A DNA stretch of 63,861 nucleotides, the filler included, from Diploschistes diacapsis (Eukaryota), in NCBI GenBank assembly GCA_023645945.1. It is 15 parts of 15 records of this genome, joined end to end, with 100 filler letters (N's around TTAATTAATTAA, not from the genome) between each part and the next. Parts side by side here need not be neighbours in the genome. Positions count along the whole stretch, not along the records: positions 49,790 to 51,266 come from JALAIB010003023.1; positions 51,367 to 52,842 come from JALAIB010003024.1; positions 52,943 to 54,418 come from JALAIB010003025.1; positions 54,519 to 55,993 come from JALAIB010003026.1; positions 56,094 to 57,568 come from JALAIB010003027.1; positions 57,669 to 59,142 come from JALAIB010003028.1; positions 59,243 to 60,715 come from JALAIB010003029.1; positions 60,816 to 62,288 come from JALAIB010003030.1; 7 more parts are not named here. One strand, given 5' to 3'. Made by a program: the position numbers and the translations under genes. This document shows positions 49,690 to 62,388 of the stretch, one piece after another (the stretch's first letter is position 1; the number at the start of each line of letters is the position of its first letter). The notes under the pieces are model-generated. The model was not told the DNA's origin. It made no database searches and saw only the letters and a program-made list of their open reading frames with translations.

Positions 49690-50370
49690 NNNNNNNNNNN
49701 NNNNNNNNNNNNNNNNNNNNNNNNNNNNNNNNNTTAATTAATTAANNNNNNNNNNNNNNNNNNNNNNNNNNNNNNNNNNNNNNNNNNNNCCCCCCCGCTG
49801 GGCCTTGATGGCTCTGCTTAGTTTGCCCTTTTCTCCAAAACCGAGTTATCTTCCATTCAAGGCAAAGTACAGTAAATAATATCCTCTCCAATAACCGAAA
49901 AGCTATAAGAAATTTAACCACGTGTAATTGCAAATACAGGTCTGCTGGCATGTGCATATAAGTATACTACTGATAACTGCGCCCTGCAGCGGATCACGCC
50001 ATTGCTGACTAAAGGGCTTGACTTCCTCCTAGACTGCGTCATTTATCATTCAGCAGCGAACAATACTAAAGTATTCTTGCATCACCGATAGTTACAACAA
50101 CTATCACACATAATAATCACATACGGGCCCTATAAGAGCAACCTCGGAGAAGTCCCAGCTTCTCAACTCAAAGTGGCTCCACGTTCCATCACAAAGCTCC
50201 AACCGCTGCTACGACGCAAGAACACAAGGCTACCTGTAGTCTCTGAATACCTCAAAACGCCGTACTCACTTTCAGGCCCCTCTTTACGAGACACGAAACT
50301 TGCGCTGAACAGACCCGCCACGACCACTGCACCTAGATCACAATCCACGAGCTTCTCGATCTCAGCAAAA

Positions 50371-50845
50371 ATGTCGGACAAGCCGCAGCCAGGCCCAGAC
50401 ACCGAGGGCGTCCACAACATCAGAAGGTGAGTTTTGACGACCCAGTTTCTCTCCATTCTCATCGTCACCACCCATCGCTCCCCTCATACGATGGTCAATC
50501 ACTATACCCTCTATCCAACATCGAACGTGCTAATTAACCCACTTCTATAGCCTGCAAGAATTCAAAGACGCCCTGGCCAAACCCGGCCTCATGATCGTCG
50601 ACGCCTTCGCCACCTGGTGCGGCCCATGCAAGGTCATTGCGCCCAAGGTCGTCGAGATGAGCAAAACCTACGGAGGGGCCCGCTTCTACAAGGTCGACGT
50701 CGACGAGGTGCCGGACGTGGCCCAGGAGCTGGACATCCGCGCCATGCCCACCTTCAAGCTGTTCAAGGACGGGGACGAGTTCGAGACTGTGGTGGGTATG
50801 AACGCTCCGGGACTGGAGGCGGCGGTTGTTAAAGGACTCGAGTAA
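50371..50845 (+). CDS. TRX1: Thioredoxin; exons 50371-50426, 50551-50845
   Basis: DAFATWCGPCKVIAP, VDVDE, IRAMPTF; GTGAGT..GCTAAT..TAG intron. Confidence 0.95.
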
Positions 50846-51519
50846 TGCAGAGGGGATGCGGTTGTCGTAGATGGGTGGGGCCCTTTCGGTGTGGACGGTA
50901 GGGGGAGGATAGCGGAGAGACTATGGGCCCATAGCGTGACTACGAGAAATCAAGAGATTAAAATGCAGCCTGCCGCTGAAGCCTTTTCAAAAGGCATTCG
51001 ATCGGATATGCTAACAGTCAACCGGATGACGGATGTGAAGTTATTATTTATGCGTTAAGAAAACAAACCCCCCTCCCGTGCTTACTGCAACATTACTAAC
51101 GTACTCGTCCACTTTGTTCTCACGAAAGAATTGCAAAATCCCATACCAGCTAGCTCCCGTTTGTGCCTGCCTTTGTATGTCCCTTTGCTACTCCCCCAAA
51201 AAAAAACACCAAACCAAACCCCCCAGACTACACAACGCGCCCCGATTTCGATCCTGCGGCTTCAATNNNNNNNNNNNNNNNNNNNNNNNNNNNNNNNNNN
51301 NNNNNNNNNNTTAATTAATTAANNNNNNNNNNNNNNNNNNNNNNNNNNNNNNNNNNNNNNNNNNNNCGACGTTATAATAAATATAATCAGTTCGGGTATA
51401 ATACGCGAACTTACGAAATAGAATTTATAGCTTTTAAAGAAGATATTGATAATTAATATAATAAAATATCGTACGAATTGATTGCGTAAATGTAATTATA
51501 ATTCGTACGAATCGAGAAA

Positions 51520-51562
51520 GGTGTCCGCTCGCTATGAGTGTCCGCTCGCTATGCATATACGT
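51520..51562. mobile_element. Terminal inverted repeat of a pogo/Fot1-type Tc1-mariner element
   Basis: Direct repeat GTGTCCGCTCGCTATG x2, then ..ACGT|TA end (TA target site), an architecture typical of Fot1-like TIRs. Confidence 0.7.
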
Positions 51563-52053
51563 TAATATTAATATTATTAATTAAATAATTACGTAATTAC
51601 GTGATATTATTATTATTATTATTATTTTTTGCTTACATAATATATTAGTAAAAAAATGATTGCCCTCGCTATCTTCGCCTGTTTCTGCCGGTTTCGCCGG
51701 TTTCGTCAGTTTCGCCAACCTCGCGGATTTTCGCGTTGTTTCGCCGCCAAAAACTTTTCGTGATGTAGTTATTTTTTAAAAAAAGTACGCATTCTTACGT
51801 TTAAAAATGAGATATTCGTCATAGACATTCCTATAAAAAGCGTTTAATATTAAAAATCTGAAGATTAATCGCTGATAAATCTTTTCTATTATTTACTTTT
51901 CTTTTACTTAATATTTTTTTAGATTATAGTTGGTTATTAAACTTTATTCGACATACATAGACCTTTGATGCTACGACTGAAGTAAAAGAAGTCGTAACCA
52001 GATCTTTAGACCTTAGTCTTCCAACGATTGGTTTTTTATTTCTAAGACCAGAC

Positions 52054-52621
52054 TAGGCTGGCCGTTTCGTGCCACGGTCACTGACACGGACACTACAGTA
52101 AAAATTTTTAAAACACGGACACTAACACGGACACGACAGTTAAAATATTAAAACACGGATATTGACACGGACACTACACTACAGTAAAAGCACGGACACG
52201 GATACTGCAATTAAAAATTTTAAAACATTAACACTAACACGGACACTGCATTTCCGTAAATCCACCGAAATACTACAATAAATCCACCGAAATACCGCAA
52301 TGAAATTTTTTTAAAAAAATAAAAACGTAAGAAATAGACGTGATAATTCCAGAATTATTAAAATTAAAAAAATAATTTCAAATATTTCGGTGAATGCACG
52401 GACACGGACACCGCAATAAAAATTTTTTCGACACGGACACTAACACGGACATTATATTATATTAAAAGCACGGACACGGATACTATAATTAAAAATTTTA
52501 AAATATTGATATTAATACGGACACTACACTTCCGTGAATCCACGGACACGGATATCGCAGCTAAAAAATCTAAAACACGGACACTGACACGGCCGTGTCA
52601 GTGTCAGTGACGGCCAGCCTA
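52054..52621. mobile_element. 568-bp member of the same hAT-like MITE family
   Basis: TAGGCTGGCCGT .. ACGGCCAGCCTA termini; many ACACGGA(C/T) motifs. Confidence 0.85.
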
Positions 52622-52942
52622 ATCATAATAAAAGCGTTCGGCACGAAATTAAAGTATTTAAACGTTTATTATCCATAAACAGACGGTTAGATAAAAAGAA
52701 TAAATTGAATTTTCGAATAATATTTACGATATTACGTTAATTAAAACATAAATAATTAAATCGAACTATTATTATGTTATGATCTCTATCTATACAAGAT
52801 ATACACGAGTAGGATTAAGGTGGGTTTGGTCTCTGTTAGAAGNNNNNNNNNNNNNNNNNNNNNNNNNNNNNNNNNNNNNNNNNNNNTTAATTAATTAANN
52901 NNNNNNNNNNNNNNNNNNNNNNNNNNNNNNNNNNNNNNNNNN

Positions 52943-53190
52943 CTATTAATCTATTCGGTAATAATTTTGATTCCCTAGATCTAATAAAACACGCAAGGAT
53001 TAACGATCGTTTAAAACACGTCGATATTACTTATTATCACGTACGAGATCTTATCAAACAAAAACGCATTAAAATATCTTATATCCCTACCGATAAAATG
53101 ATTGTTAATAAACTTACGAAACCACTAAACTACTTAAAACACGACATCTTTATTAAGAAACTCGATCTAGTTCAAAAGATATTCAATTAA
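52943..53190 (+). mobile_element. Ty1/copia RNase H C-terminus remnant
   Basis: KHVDITYYHVRDLI..ISYIPTDKMIVNKLTKPL (compare KHIDIxYHxVR..YxPTxxMxADxLTKPL). Confidence 0.85.
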
Positions 53191-53439
53191 ATTATATAAA
53201 TATACCAGACGATTCCGCCTATAAAAAATATTAAGCAAACAGACAGAAAACATGACTGGAAGTTCGACTAAATTCTAGAAAGAGGTTCAGTTCAATTGAA
53301 CCTCCTAGAATTCCAACTAGACCGATTAAGGAATAATGTAGATAGTAGGGCTTAACGTATCCCGCGAGGATAAAAGTCTACAAAGTAGAATAACCTCCTA
53401 GATAAGACCTCTAGACTTCAATATATCCATTACGATGCC

Positions 53440-54049
53440 AAACATATTCGATAATAATCATGATAATTTTTAATAAATCGGGCGATAATGGCTTTTACTA
53501 GAAAGAATATAAAATTCTTTTTATTACTCGAAAGGTTTTATCGATCCCGACGTGCCTTTTTTTTATCGCAATAAATTAATTGAATAACATAAGTAATTTG
53601 ATCTTTCGAAACGGCGAGTTTATCGCTAATTTATAATAAAATCTCGTCTGTTTTATAAGAATCTAACCGATAATCGTAAAAATATTTAATAATCTTATCT
53701 TTCTTTAATTTAATTTTAATTTCACTAAATATTTAGTTGCGTCGATTAACGTTTTTTATTTCTTTAATCATCGTCGGGACTTTAATAGTTAAAATAATCT
53801 CGATAATATGGTTCGGATCGTTCGGTGCTGTTTTTTGCAATCCGGGAGCATGATTTTTTCCGTTTAGGACGTATATGTTCAGATTTCATTTCAGTTTTTC
53901 GGAAAGTTGATCGAGTTTAATTAACGTTTATTACATATAAGAATCCTTTTTAACTTTTAGGGCCTCGTTCGTGTTAAGTTTTTTCGTTAATAAATCGATT
54001 TTTACGTTCTTTATCCCGGGGCGATATTAGATCTTAAAGTCGAACTATA
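53440..54049 (-). mobile_element. Ty3/gypsy pol remnant (RNase H end into integrase)
   Basis: FDFKI*YRPGIKNVKIDLLT (compare YRPGKxNxxADALSR); left boundary approximate. Confidence 0.7.
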
Positions 54050-54418
54050 AGTTGTTTCACGGTCAGCTCGGCCACCCCCAAAGCTCGGCCACCCCAAATC
54101 ACTACCGCCAACATTCTACGGTTTTTAGATATAACCTATTCGTCGCAATCAGAAATCAATCGATCTAAATCGAATCAATCCTTTTTCTTTTTATCCTTCT
54201 CGATTTTAGAAACGCGACGACGTTTTTTACGCGTTATAAATCGTTTCGAAACTATCCGACTCGATTTAATCCGAATTATTATTTTAAATTTTCGTTTATA
54301 TTAAATATAAAACGATCTTTTAATTCGATTCGTTTATTTAATTTGCGTTTTTTACGATTATTAAGAAACGTTTTTTGTTTTCGGTTTTCTTTACGAAAAG
54401 TTATAAACTTAATATATA
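54050..54418. mobile_element. pogo/Fot1-type transposon end inserted into the gypsy remnant
   Basis: TA|AGTTG.. followed by direct repeat AGCTCGGCCACCCC x2, then RIP-degraded sequence. Confidence 0.7.
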
Positions 54419-55769
54419 NNNNNNNNNNNNNNNNNNNNNNNNNNNNNNNNNNNNNNNNNNNNTTAATTAATTAANNNNNNNNNNNNNNNNNNNNNNNNNN
54501 NNNNNNNNNNNNNNNNNNGACGTAAATATTCGTAATTTAAAACAATTTTCGGCCTAAATTATCTTATTAATATTATAGACGTAAAGATATTTAACTTATA
54601 TACGCGTCTTTAAATCTATTAACCTTATAAAGATTCTCTCGAATTAAATAACGGTCTAAACCCGCTCTTTATATCCTAAATTAGGCCAGAAGTTGCTCGG
54701 AAGGAAACACGTTCCGATTATAAATCGATTAAATATCGATCATTAACCGGCGTAGATCCGTTATGAAGAGATTAAAGACCTATTAAACATTATTAATAGA
54801 CCGAATTCTTAGTCTATTAAACGGAAACGATTTATAAATTCACAAACCCGCTTTGTTTTCGGATCCGAACAGGCCGCACAAACAAATCTCTTAGGAGAAA
54901 ATCCGGGATAGAGAGGCTAGACAGGTATTATATTAGCAGTTAATAGGTTCCGGGAATAGGCGAGATAGTAGGTTATAGGAAGAATCTTCGACTAAAACTA
55001 GGATGTTTTTTATTAGTAACGATCGTTAGCCTTCCGGAACCCGATCGTATGATATATGTATATTAGACGGGGCAGAGGTGTTTTAAGGAAATTTTCCATC
55101 GTATTTTTATTTATAAAGGTGATTATTCTATCTAAGCTATGTCTAAAGATAAAGAAAGAAAAAAAGTACGGGAGGATTATAAAAGCTATAAAGATATATC
55201 GAGATAGAAGGATTTATTATTAATATATTTATTTTATAAAACTGCTATATATTATAATTTATAAACACCCGTAATTTATATATCCGCGTTATACGTATCG
55301 AAAAACCGATATTAACCCGTATATTAATTAATCGGAATCGTGCCGACAACTTTCTCGTTTAACGGGGAACACGTGCCCATTACTCTTTCGCGGAGTTAAC
55401 GAAAATACATCGAAAATTCTACGAAAATCTTTAAATAAATATAAATAACGGTTCTAAAGATCTAAAACTAAAAAAGAAGGAAATAACTATAATAAATAAC
55501 TATAACAGTCCTCCGGGCGAACGGAGGAACTCAGTCCTAGCGCCGCGCCAAGGCCGCTCCAAGACCGCAGGTCATAAGAAGAGTTTTTACAGAGGGATCT
55601 CCTCTTTTCTTTTCTAGAGATTAGTTCATGAATACTATGACCATTACTATCACACTACTGCATTTCATCCTTTACACGGGATGTCGAACATTTCTTATTA
55701 ATTAAAATATTAAGGAGTTATATAACGTTTATGGTTAATAAATAGGAAATAACGAGCGACGTCGGTTCA

Positions 55770-55993
55770 AGATCGACGCGTGTTAGTATCTTAAGGAACT
55801 ACAAAGAAATTATGAATAATTTAATCTTCGGACAAAAGTAAGAAGCAACAATAAAGAAAAGAATCGATTCTTTGTTATTAAACCAGACCTAGACTGAACT
55901 ATCTAAACTACCTACACCTATTAATATTATAAGCTTAAAATAGGTTTTCGATATTGAATACAATTTTAATAATAATATTAAAAGGTTTAAAAC
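55770..55993 (+). mobile_element. Ty1/copia reverse transcriptase N-terminus remnant
   Basis: YKEIM..K*EEATIK / IDSLLLNQT*TELSKLP..K*VFDIEY..IKRFK; conserved Trp codons converted to stops. Confidence 0.85.
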
Positions 55994-56093
55994 NNNNNNN
56001 NNNNNNNNNNNNNNNNNNNNNNNNNNNNNNNNNNNNNTTAATTAATTAANNNNNNNNNNNNNNNNNNNNNNNNNNNNNNNNNNNNNNNNNNNN

Positions 56094-56639
56094 GACGAGG
56101 GCATTTTTTTTCGCTTTTGTTATCTAGCTTTTTTTAAACTTTATATCTTGTTTTATTTTTAGTAATATGTTTTTTATTATTTCTGGTGTATCTTTCAATA
56201 TAGATTCGAAATCATCTTCTTGCTCTAGCGATTCGCCTACTAATGTTTTACCTTTAAATTACGAGTCTGATTCTTACTACTCAGTATGATCTCAATCCTT
56301 TTCATTAAGTGAAGTAATTCTAGATCGTTTATTTCTTTTTTTTCCTTTACTTTCTTTTATTTTAATTTGATTACGTGGGTTTGTTCTACGTGTACGTTGC
56401 GAAGAACGTGCTATCTTATCGGATCGTCGTTTTTAAGAAAGGTAGAGTAATTAGAATTATAAAGAATAAAATACGATAATATAATAAAATAATTATACGC
56501 AGGGTAAATTCATACTAAAACTAATTACTAAAAAAAAAAAAGAGAGTAAGAAAGATAAAATCCCCCTTCAAGTACCCGCAAGCCAAGACCCTGAGTGCCG
56601 CTTGTCCGACTCTTGGCATGCTCCTTGCTTGTCCTTACA
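56094..56639 (-). mobile_element. Second copy of the LTR (56639-56409) plus leader seen at 48350-48893
   Basis: Colinear over about 540 bp; differences are mostly C/T and G/A. Confidence 0.85.
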
Positions 56640-57234
56640 AAAAAGGACAGAATCGTATAAAATTAAATATAAATACTATTTTAGTTGCGAAAGAGCATTA
56701 TACTCCTTCGTAGAAAACACACGTTCCATCATAATATAGCCTATATAATTGGTACGAATATATTACCCGGAATTACGAGAATAAAATAAGGGAATAGGAG
56801 TGATACTGCATATCTTTCAAGAAGGTTGAATCATCCAATAAGAGGATCTGATTGAAAATCGTTCAACGACTGATTCTTATAATAAGAATTGAACGGACAA
56901 CAGGCAACAACGGAAAGATGGCAACGACGCAACGAGGAGGAAAAAAGTCGCGTCGTGACGCGTCTTATTTCTAGCAGGACCGCGCATGCGGGCCGGCGGG
57001 GAACTCGAACGCGAAAAATAAATTAAAAGATATAATACAAGCAATCGGGACATACGTGAAAACAAAATAAAACGAAAGATTAATATAATTTTAAACTATA
57101 ATAACGGAAGCGATACGCAGAAACGGCGCCGACGCGCCGGAACCTAATCATAAAAAAAACGCGTCAAAATTAAAAAAAAAACTAAACACGATTAAAGAAG
57201 ATATAAGAACGATACAGAAAATTATAAAAAAATA

Positions 57235-57568
57235 AAAAAGCAACCGCAGCAATATCGGGAACAAAAACTGAACCTAAATAATAAGTTCCACCCCCGGAAG
57301 AAAGAATAGAGTAATAAAAATACTAAAAAGAACGATTAAAAAGATCACAATTCGGCCAAGAAATAAGATATAAACGAAAAAGTAACGGAATAAACCCGAG
57401 CTAGTAACGGACGCGAAGAAAGCTGAAATAAAGAACATTATTACAGCCCGACGGCTCTTTAATAGAAACATAAAAAAGCAACCGTAGTAATATCGGGAAT
57501 AAAAGCTGGGCCCAAGTGGTAGGTTCTACCCCCGAGAGAAAGAATAAGGTAATGAAGATATTAAAAAG
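57235..57568 (+). repeat. About 238-bp period direct repeat in RIP-degraded DNA
   Basis: AAAAAGCAACCG(C/T)AG(C/T)AATATCGGGAA.. at about 57235 and 57473. Confidence 0.75.
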
Positions 57569-57668
57569 NNNNNNNNNNNNNNNNNNNNNNNNNNNNNNNN
57601 NNNNNNNNNNNNTTAATTAATTAANNNNNNNNNNNNNNNNNNNNNNNNNNNNNNNNNNNNNNNNNNNN

Positions 57669-58075
57669 AATCTCTATTAAAAGAAGAGTATAATAAAAAA
57701 AATCGATTATAAATTTATATTAATTTTTAAAAAGATTATTATCCGTTAATAAAAAATAACGAATATAAATTAATTTCAAATAATCGTTAAAGATATCTAT
57801 AAAAATAAACATATCTCGACTTAAAAAAGCTATAATAATATTCCTATATAATCCAGAACGACAGTCGATTACCGATAATAGAACTATCGCGACAAAACTA
57901 TCATTAACAGATCGCTATCTAGACAGATCTGTCTCTAATAGATATCTATTATTAAATATCTGTCAATCACGTGACCTAGCTTCCGTGGTTGGCTATACAC
58001 AAGGAATGGTTGGGAAGTGCCCGACTAGCTATGGAGTGCCAAGTGGACTACCACTTAGTCACTTGGATCGTAACA
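57669..58075 (-). mobile_element. LTR copy (starts TGTTACGATCCAAG on minus strand); same family as 61867-62266
   Basis: Reverse complement aligns with 61867 onward (CTAGTCGGGCACTT, GTCACGTGAT). Confidence 0.8.
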
Positions 58076-59242
58076 TTAGATTTCGAAAATTAACGAAAGA
58101 TCAAAAGGTTTCAGCGTGGTTGAGTTGAATATCGATCATTATCGGAGATCGAAAGGTCCAGTAACGATTCAGCTAGATTTCGGAAATTAAAAAGGCTTTC
58201 GACTAAATTTAATAGCGTAAATAACGATACTACTAATTATCGAAAATTAACGAAAGTCGAAAGAATTCAACAAAAATTCAACTAAATTCTCGATAATTCT
58301 CGAAAGTTTCGACTAAATCTAGCAAGGTAAATAACGATACTACTAATTATTAAAGTTAACAAAAAAAGATCGATAAAACTCAGCACTAAATCCAACTAAA
58401 CTTCGATCGCTATTAAAGAAAGAGAAAGAATCGGAAGTTTTTCCTTAATTTAACAGATGATAAATCCGGAAACCAAATACTTCTTATTTAGGCCTACCCT
58501 TGGCCAGCGTAATAAAATCCCGCGATCTTTTATATTAATATACCTTCTACTTTTAAATCGATTCACTTTAAGGTCTTATAATTTAGATCCTAAGCTTTCG
58601 GATTTTTTCGATTTAAGTTATTAAAGTTAACGTAATCGGTCCCGTATTCGTAACCGTTTTATTTACCGAGAAAATTTATCTCCAATAATTAAAAACGAAG
58701 TGATTGGAATAAACGAACCCGGGCTTATAATTTATTTAATAACGTAATAGATATATTAAAGTCTAGAAGTCTTATTTTAAGAAACAATTTATTATATAGA
58801 CTTTTATTTTCCACAGTAGGCGTTAAGTTTTATTACTTTTGTTATTCCCGAACCAGTCTAGCCAGAATCCGAACAGGTTCAGGGGGGAAGTTCACCTGAA
58901 CTGAACTTCCCGGTTACCCGAACTGAACCTCCATTAATTAGGTCGAGCCTGCCATGCCTTCTGCCTGTCCGCCCAACAAAATCTACTGATTTCAAAGAAT
59001 AAGACCACATAACGACTGTATAACGTCGAAAAAACCTTTTATTTTTATTTTTATTTAAGTCTACGCATGAAACCGCTTATAATGATCTATTCAAAAAACA
59101 TATTTTTTGCTACGTTATCACCGAATTTGAAAGATAAAATAANNNNNNNNNNNNNNNNNNNNNNNNNNNNNNNNNNNNNNNNNNNNTTAATTAATTAANN
59201 NNNNNNNNNNNNNNNNNNNNNNNNNNNNNNNNNNNNNNNNNN

Positions 59243-60715
59243 ATATTGATATTACGATATCTCCGTTTAATTCTTAATTAATTCTTTCTTTCTTACCGTT
59301 AAATCCGTTTCTATAATTCCGTCCCGCCGTAGCTAAAACTCGGTCTTAAATTTCTAAATTTAGAAAACGGTGTCTATTACTTTCTTAACCTTTCTTACCG
59401 CGTGTTATCTTAGCGGGTTAGTAATATTAATTAACGCGCGTATCTAATTCCGTATAAGCTCGTTCCGTTTTTCCGTTCTTTCTTTCGCGAATCCTTTCTC
59501 GAATCGTTAAAAGAACTCGTTTAAAAAGTTTATAAATTTCCGTTATTATAAAATAATTAGCGCTATAGATTAAAAAAAAGAAAAAAGGGATTTATTTTTA
59601 AACGACGTGCTTGAGGCGTCTTCAGTTCCTCGTCGTCGATTATTTAAAAATACTCGATCTCGAGACTTTCGTAGATTTCGAAACCGGCTTTCTCGAATAT
59701 AACAAAAGTTTCTTTTTAATAAAAGTTCGTAAATATATTTTTAAAGATATATTTTAATTATTAAAAATACTTATACGGGAACTAAGAATATCGTTAATAT
59801 ACATAATTATAACGGACAACGTTCTTTAACTCCCGCGCCGGCTTTCCGTCTTTTAATAATTTAATGGAATGTTATAACTTTTATACGTAGAATTTTTACG
59901 TAAAAGTAAGTAGGTTCCACATTTCCGGCCACGCAGTAATTTACGCGAGATATATAAAACGGAAATTCGTTTTAATTTTTTCCGTGCGGAAATTATATTC
60001 GACGGCTCGGTTTTCGAAATATTGAATTAAACCGTAAAACGATTATTAAAACATTTTCGAAATTTAAAGATACTTTAGAATTTAATATTACGATTTTACG
60101 TTATTAATATCGGAAGTTTATAATAACGCGGAATACGTATAACGGACGTAATTGGTTTATTACCGCGAAATACGGAATTATTTCCGTTCTAAATATTTCT
60201 TATTCTTATCCGTAAATGCTGCGCGAATTACAACGCGGATAGATTTCTCGTAGTTAAATTACGTCCTTCGCGCGAAAAGCGCCGCCATTATATAGCGACG
60301 TAGTTCCCCGAATTCCTCGTTCTTCGAAAAGAAGCGGCGGTTAAACGTTCTTTACGAATAAACGCGGTATAAAAAATACAAGATTTCCGTTTTTTTTTCT
60401 TTTAGGCCGCGGAAAGCGAGACGAACGACGCGTTATTCAACAACGGAATCGTCGATAAATATTTAACGGAAATATTATCGTTTAACGTATTAACGTTTAA
60501 TTTATAAATAATTAATAAATTACGCCCGTAAACGGGGACGTTTAAACGTAAAAACCGGACGTATTACGCCCGATAAAGAAAGATTTATTTATTATAAATC
60601 TTTTGCGATAATATCGCCGTTTTCTTCTAATATTAATAGATGCGTTATCGATAGTTAAAAGGTTTTCTCGTTATGTATTATTAAGATAAATAGCTTTTAA
60701 TTAAGACGGTTAATC
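59243..60715. mobile_element. Extremely RIP-degraded repeat, family not assignable
   Basis: No ORF; CA/TG nearly absent; residual C and G almost all in CG-anchored runs. Confidence 0.65.
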
Positions 60716-60815
60716 NNNNNNNNNNNNNNNNNNNNNNNNNNNNNNNNNNNNNNNNNNNNTTAATTAATTAANNNNNNNNNNNNNNNNNNNNNNNNNNNNN
60801 NNNNNNNNNNNNNNN

Positions 60816-61866
60816 GTGTTATCGAAATTAATTCCGTTAAAAAGAATATCGATGGACGAATTACAGGTTCTAAAAACTTATTTGAAAGAATATTTAATAA
60901 ATAAGTTTATTGCGTTTAGTTTAGTAGAATACGCGTTCCCGATCTTATTCGTGAAGAAACTTAACGAAAACGGATTGAAAGTATACGTCGATTATCGAGG
61001 ATTAAATAATATCACGAAAAAGAATCGATATTTATTATTCTTAATCGTCGAAACGATAGCCCGAGTGACCCGAATTATGATTTATATTAAATTCGATATT
61101 ATTTAGGTATTTTATCGATTACGAATAATTACGGATAAGGACGAAAAATTAATTATTTTCTCGACGTAGCTGAAGGTATATAAATTTAAGGTGATATCTT
61201 TCGGATTGATAATAGGATTTAGCTCGTATTAGTAGTTTATGAATAATAACTTTAATAATATAATTGATTTTATGTCTTATTACGTGGATAATTTGTTAGT
61301 ATATTTAGATAATAAGAAAATTTATCGGAAACACGTACGACGGGTGTTATAACGTTTTCGAAAAATAGGTTTAAACGTAGATATTTTTAAGATCGAGTTC
61401 GATATTATCGAAATTAAGTATCTCGGTTTGATTATTACTTTTAAGAAAGTAAAAATGGACTTTAAGAAAATTAAGGCTATTAAAAATTAACTTCGGTTTA
61501 AATCCGGAAAGAAAACGAAGGCCATACGGAACTATTTAAGATTCGTTAATTTCTATCGACGGTTTATTTTTAATTTTAGTAAGGTCGTTAACCCCTTTAT
61601 AACCTAATTAAGATGGATATAGCGGGGGTTTAAGGGGAGAAAGAGACGAAAACATTCGATGTTTCAAAAAAGGTCGGGTCTTCTGAACCGGTAATAATAT
61701 ATTTCGATTTTAATAAGCGATCTTTGATCGAACACGACGTTAGCGACGTTATTATTAAAGGTATCCTGTTTTAAGAAATCGATGACGGTATAATGTAATT
61801 CGTTATTTATTTGTTTAAAAGTATGGATCCCGTTTAACGCAATTATGCGATACACGATAAAAACAT
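60816..61866 (+). mobile_element. Ty3/gypsy pol remnant (RT and start of RNase H), RIP-inactivated
   Basis: YAFPILFVKK..GLKVYVDYRGLNNITKKNRY, ISFGLI (MPFGL), YVDNLLVY (YxDD), KYLGLII, FVNFYRRFI, HDVSD. Confidence 0.92.
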
Positions 61867-62288
61867 TGTTACGATCCAAGGTACTAGTCGGTAGTACTTG
61901 GTACGCAACAGCTAGTCGGGCACTTCTCAATCATTCCTTATATATAATCCAATTAGGGTGACACGGGTCACGTGATGAGTAAAAGGTCTAAAAGATTATT
62001 TTACTTAATAATAAATAGAAAGGAAGAACGGTAGTTTTATTCATTTATTTATCTATTTTATTAAAAGAGTTGTTAATTATATAAGAACGTCGTTATAATC
62101 TTTATAAATTTAGAACGTGTTTATTTTTATAAATATTTTTAATTATTATTCGGGATTAATTTATATTCGTTATTTTTATCCTTAAAGAACCTTCTTTCTA
62201 GAAACAGTTTAAGATCTATAATTATTTTATCTTTTTCTCCTGCTTACATTCCTTTTTTAATAGAAATTAAATTTATCTTAACTTTACT
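61867..62288 (+). mobile_element. LTR of another element inserted into the gypsy RNase H
   Basis: pol frame breaks at TGTTACGATCCAAG; homologous to 57669-58075. Confidence 0.8.
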
Positions 62289-62388
62289 NNNNNNNNNNNN
62301 NNNNNNNNNNNNNNNNNNNNNNNNNNNNNNNNTTAATTAATTAANNNNNNNNNNNNNNNNNNNNNNNNNNNNNNNNNNNNNNNNNNNN

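Noticed and set aside
43989..51266. Apparent cluster of SWD2, hypothetical gene, MITEs and thioredoxin
   Set aside because: These are on separate, length-sorted contigs.
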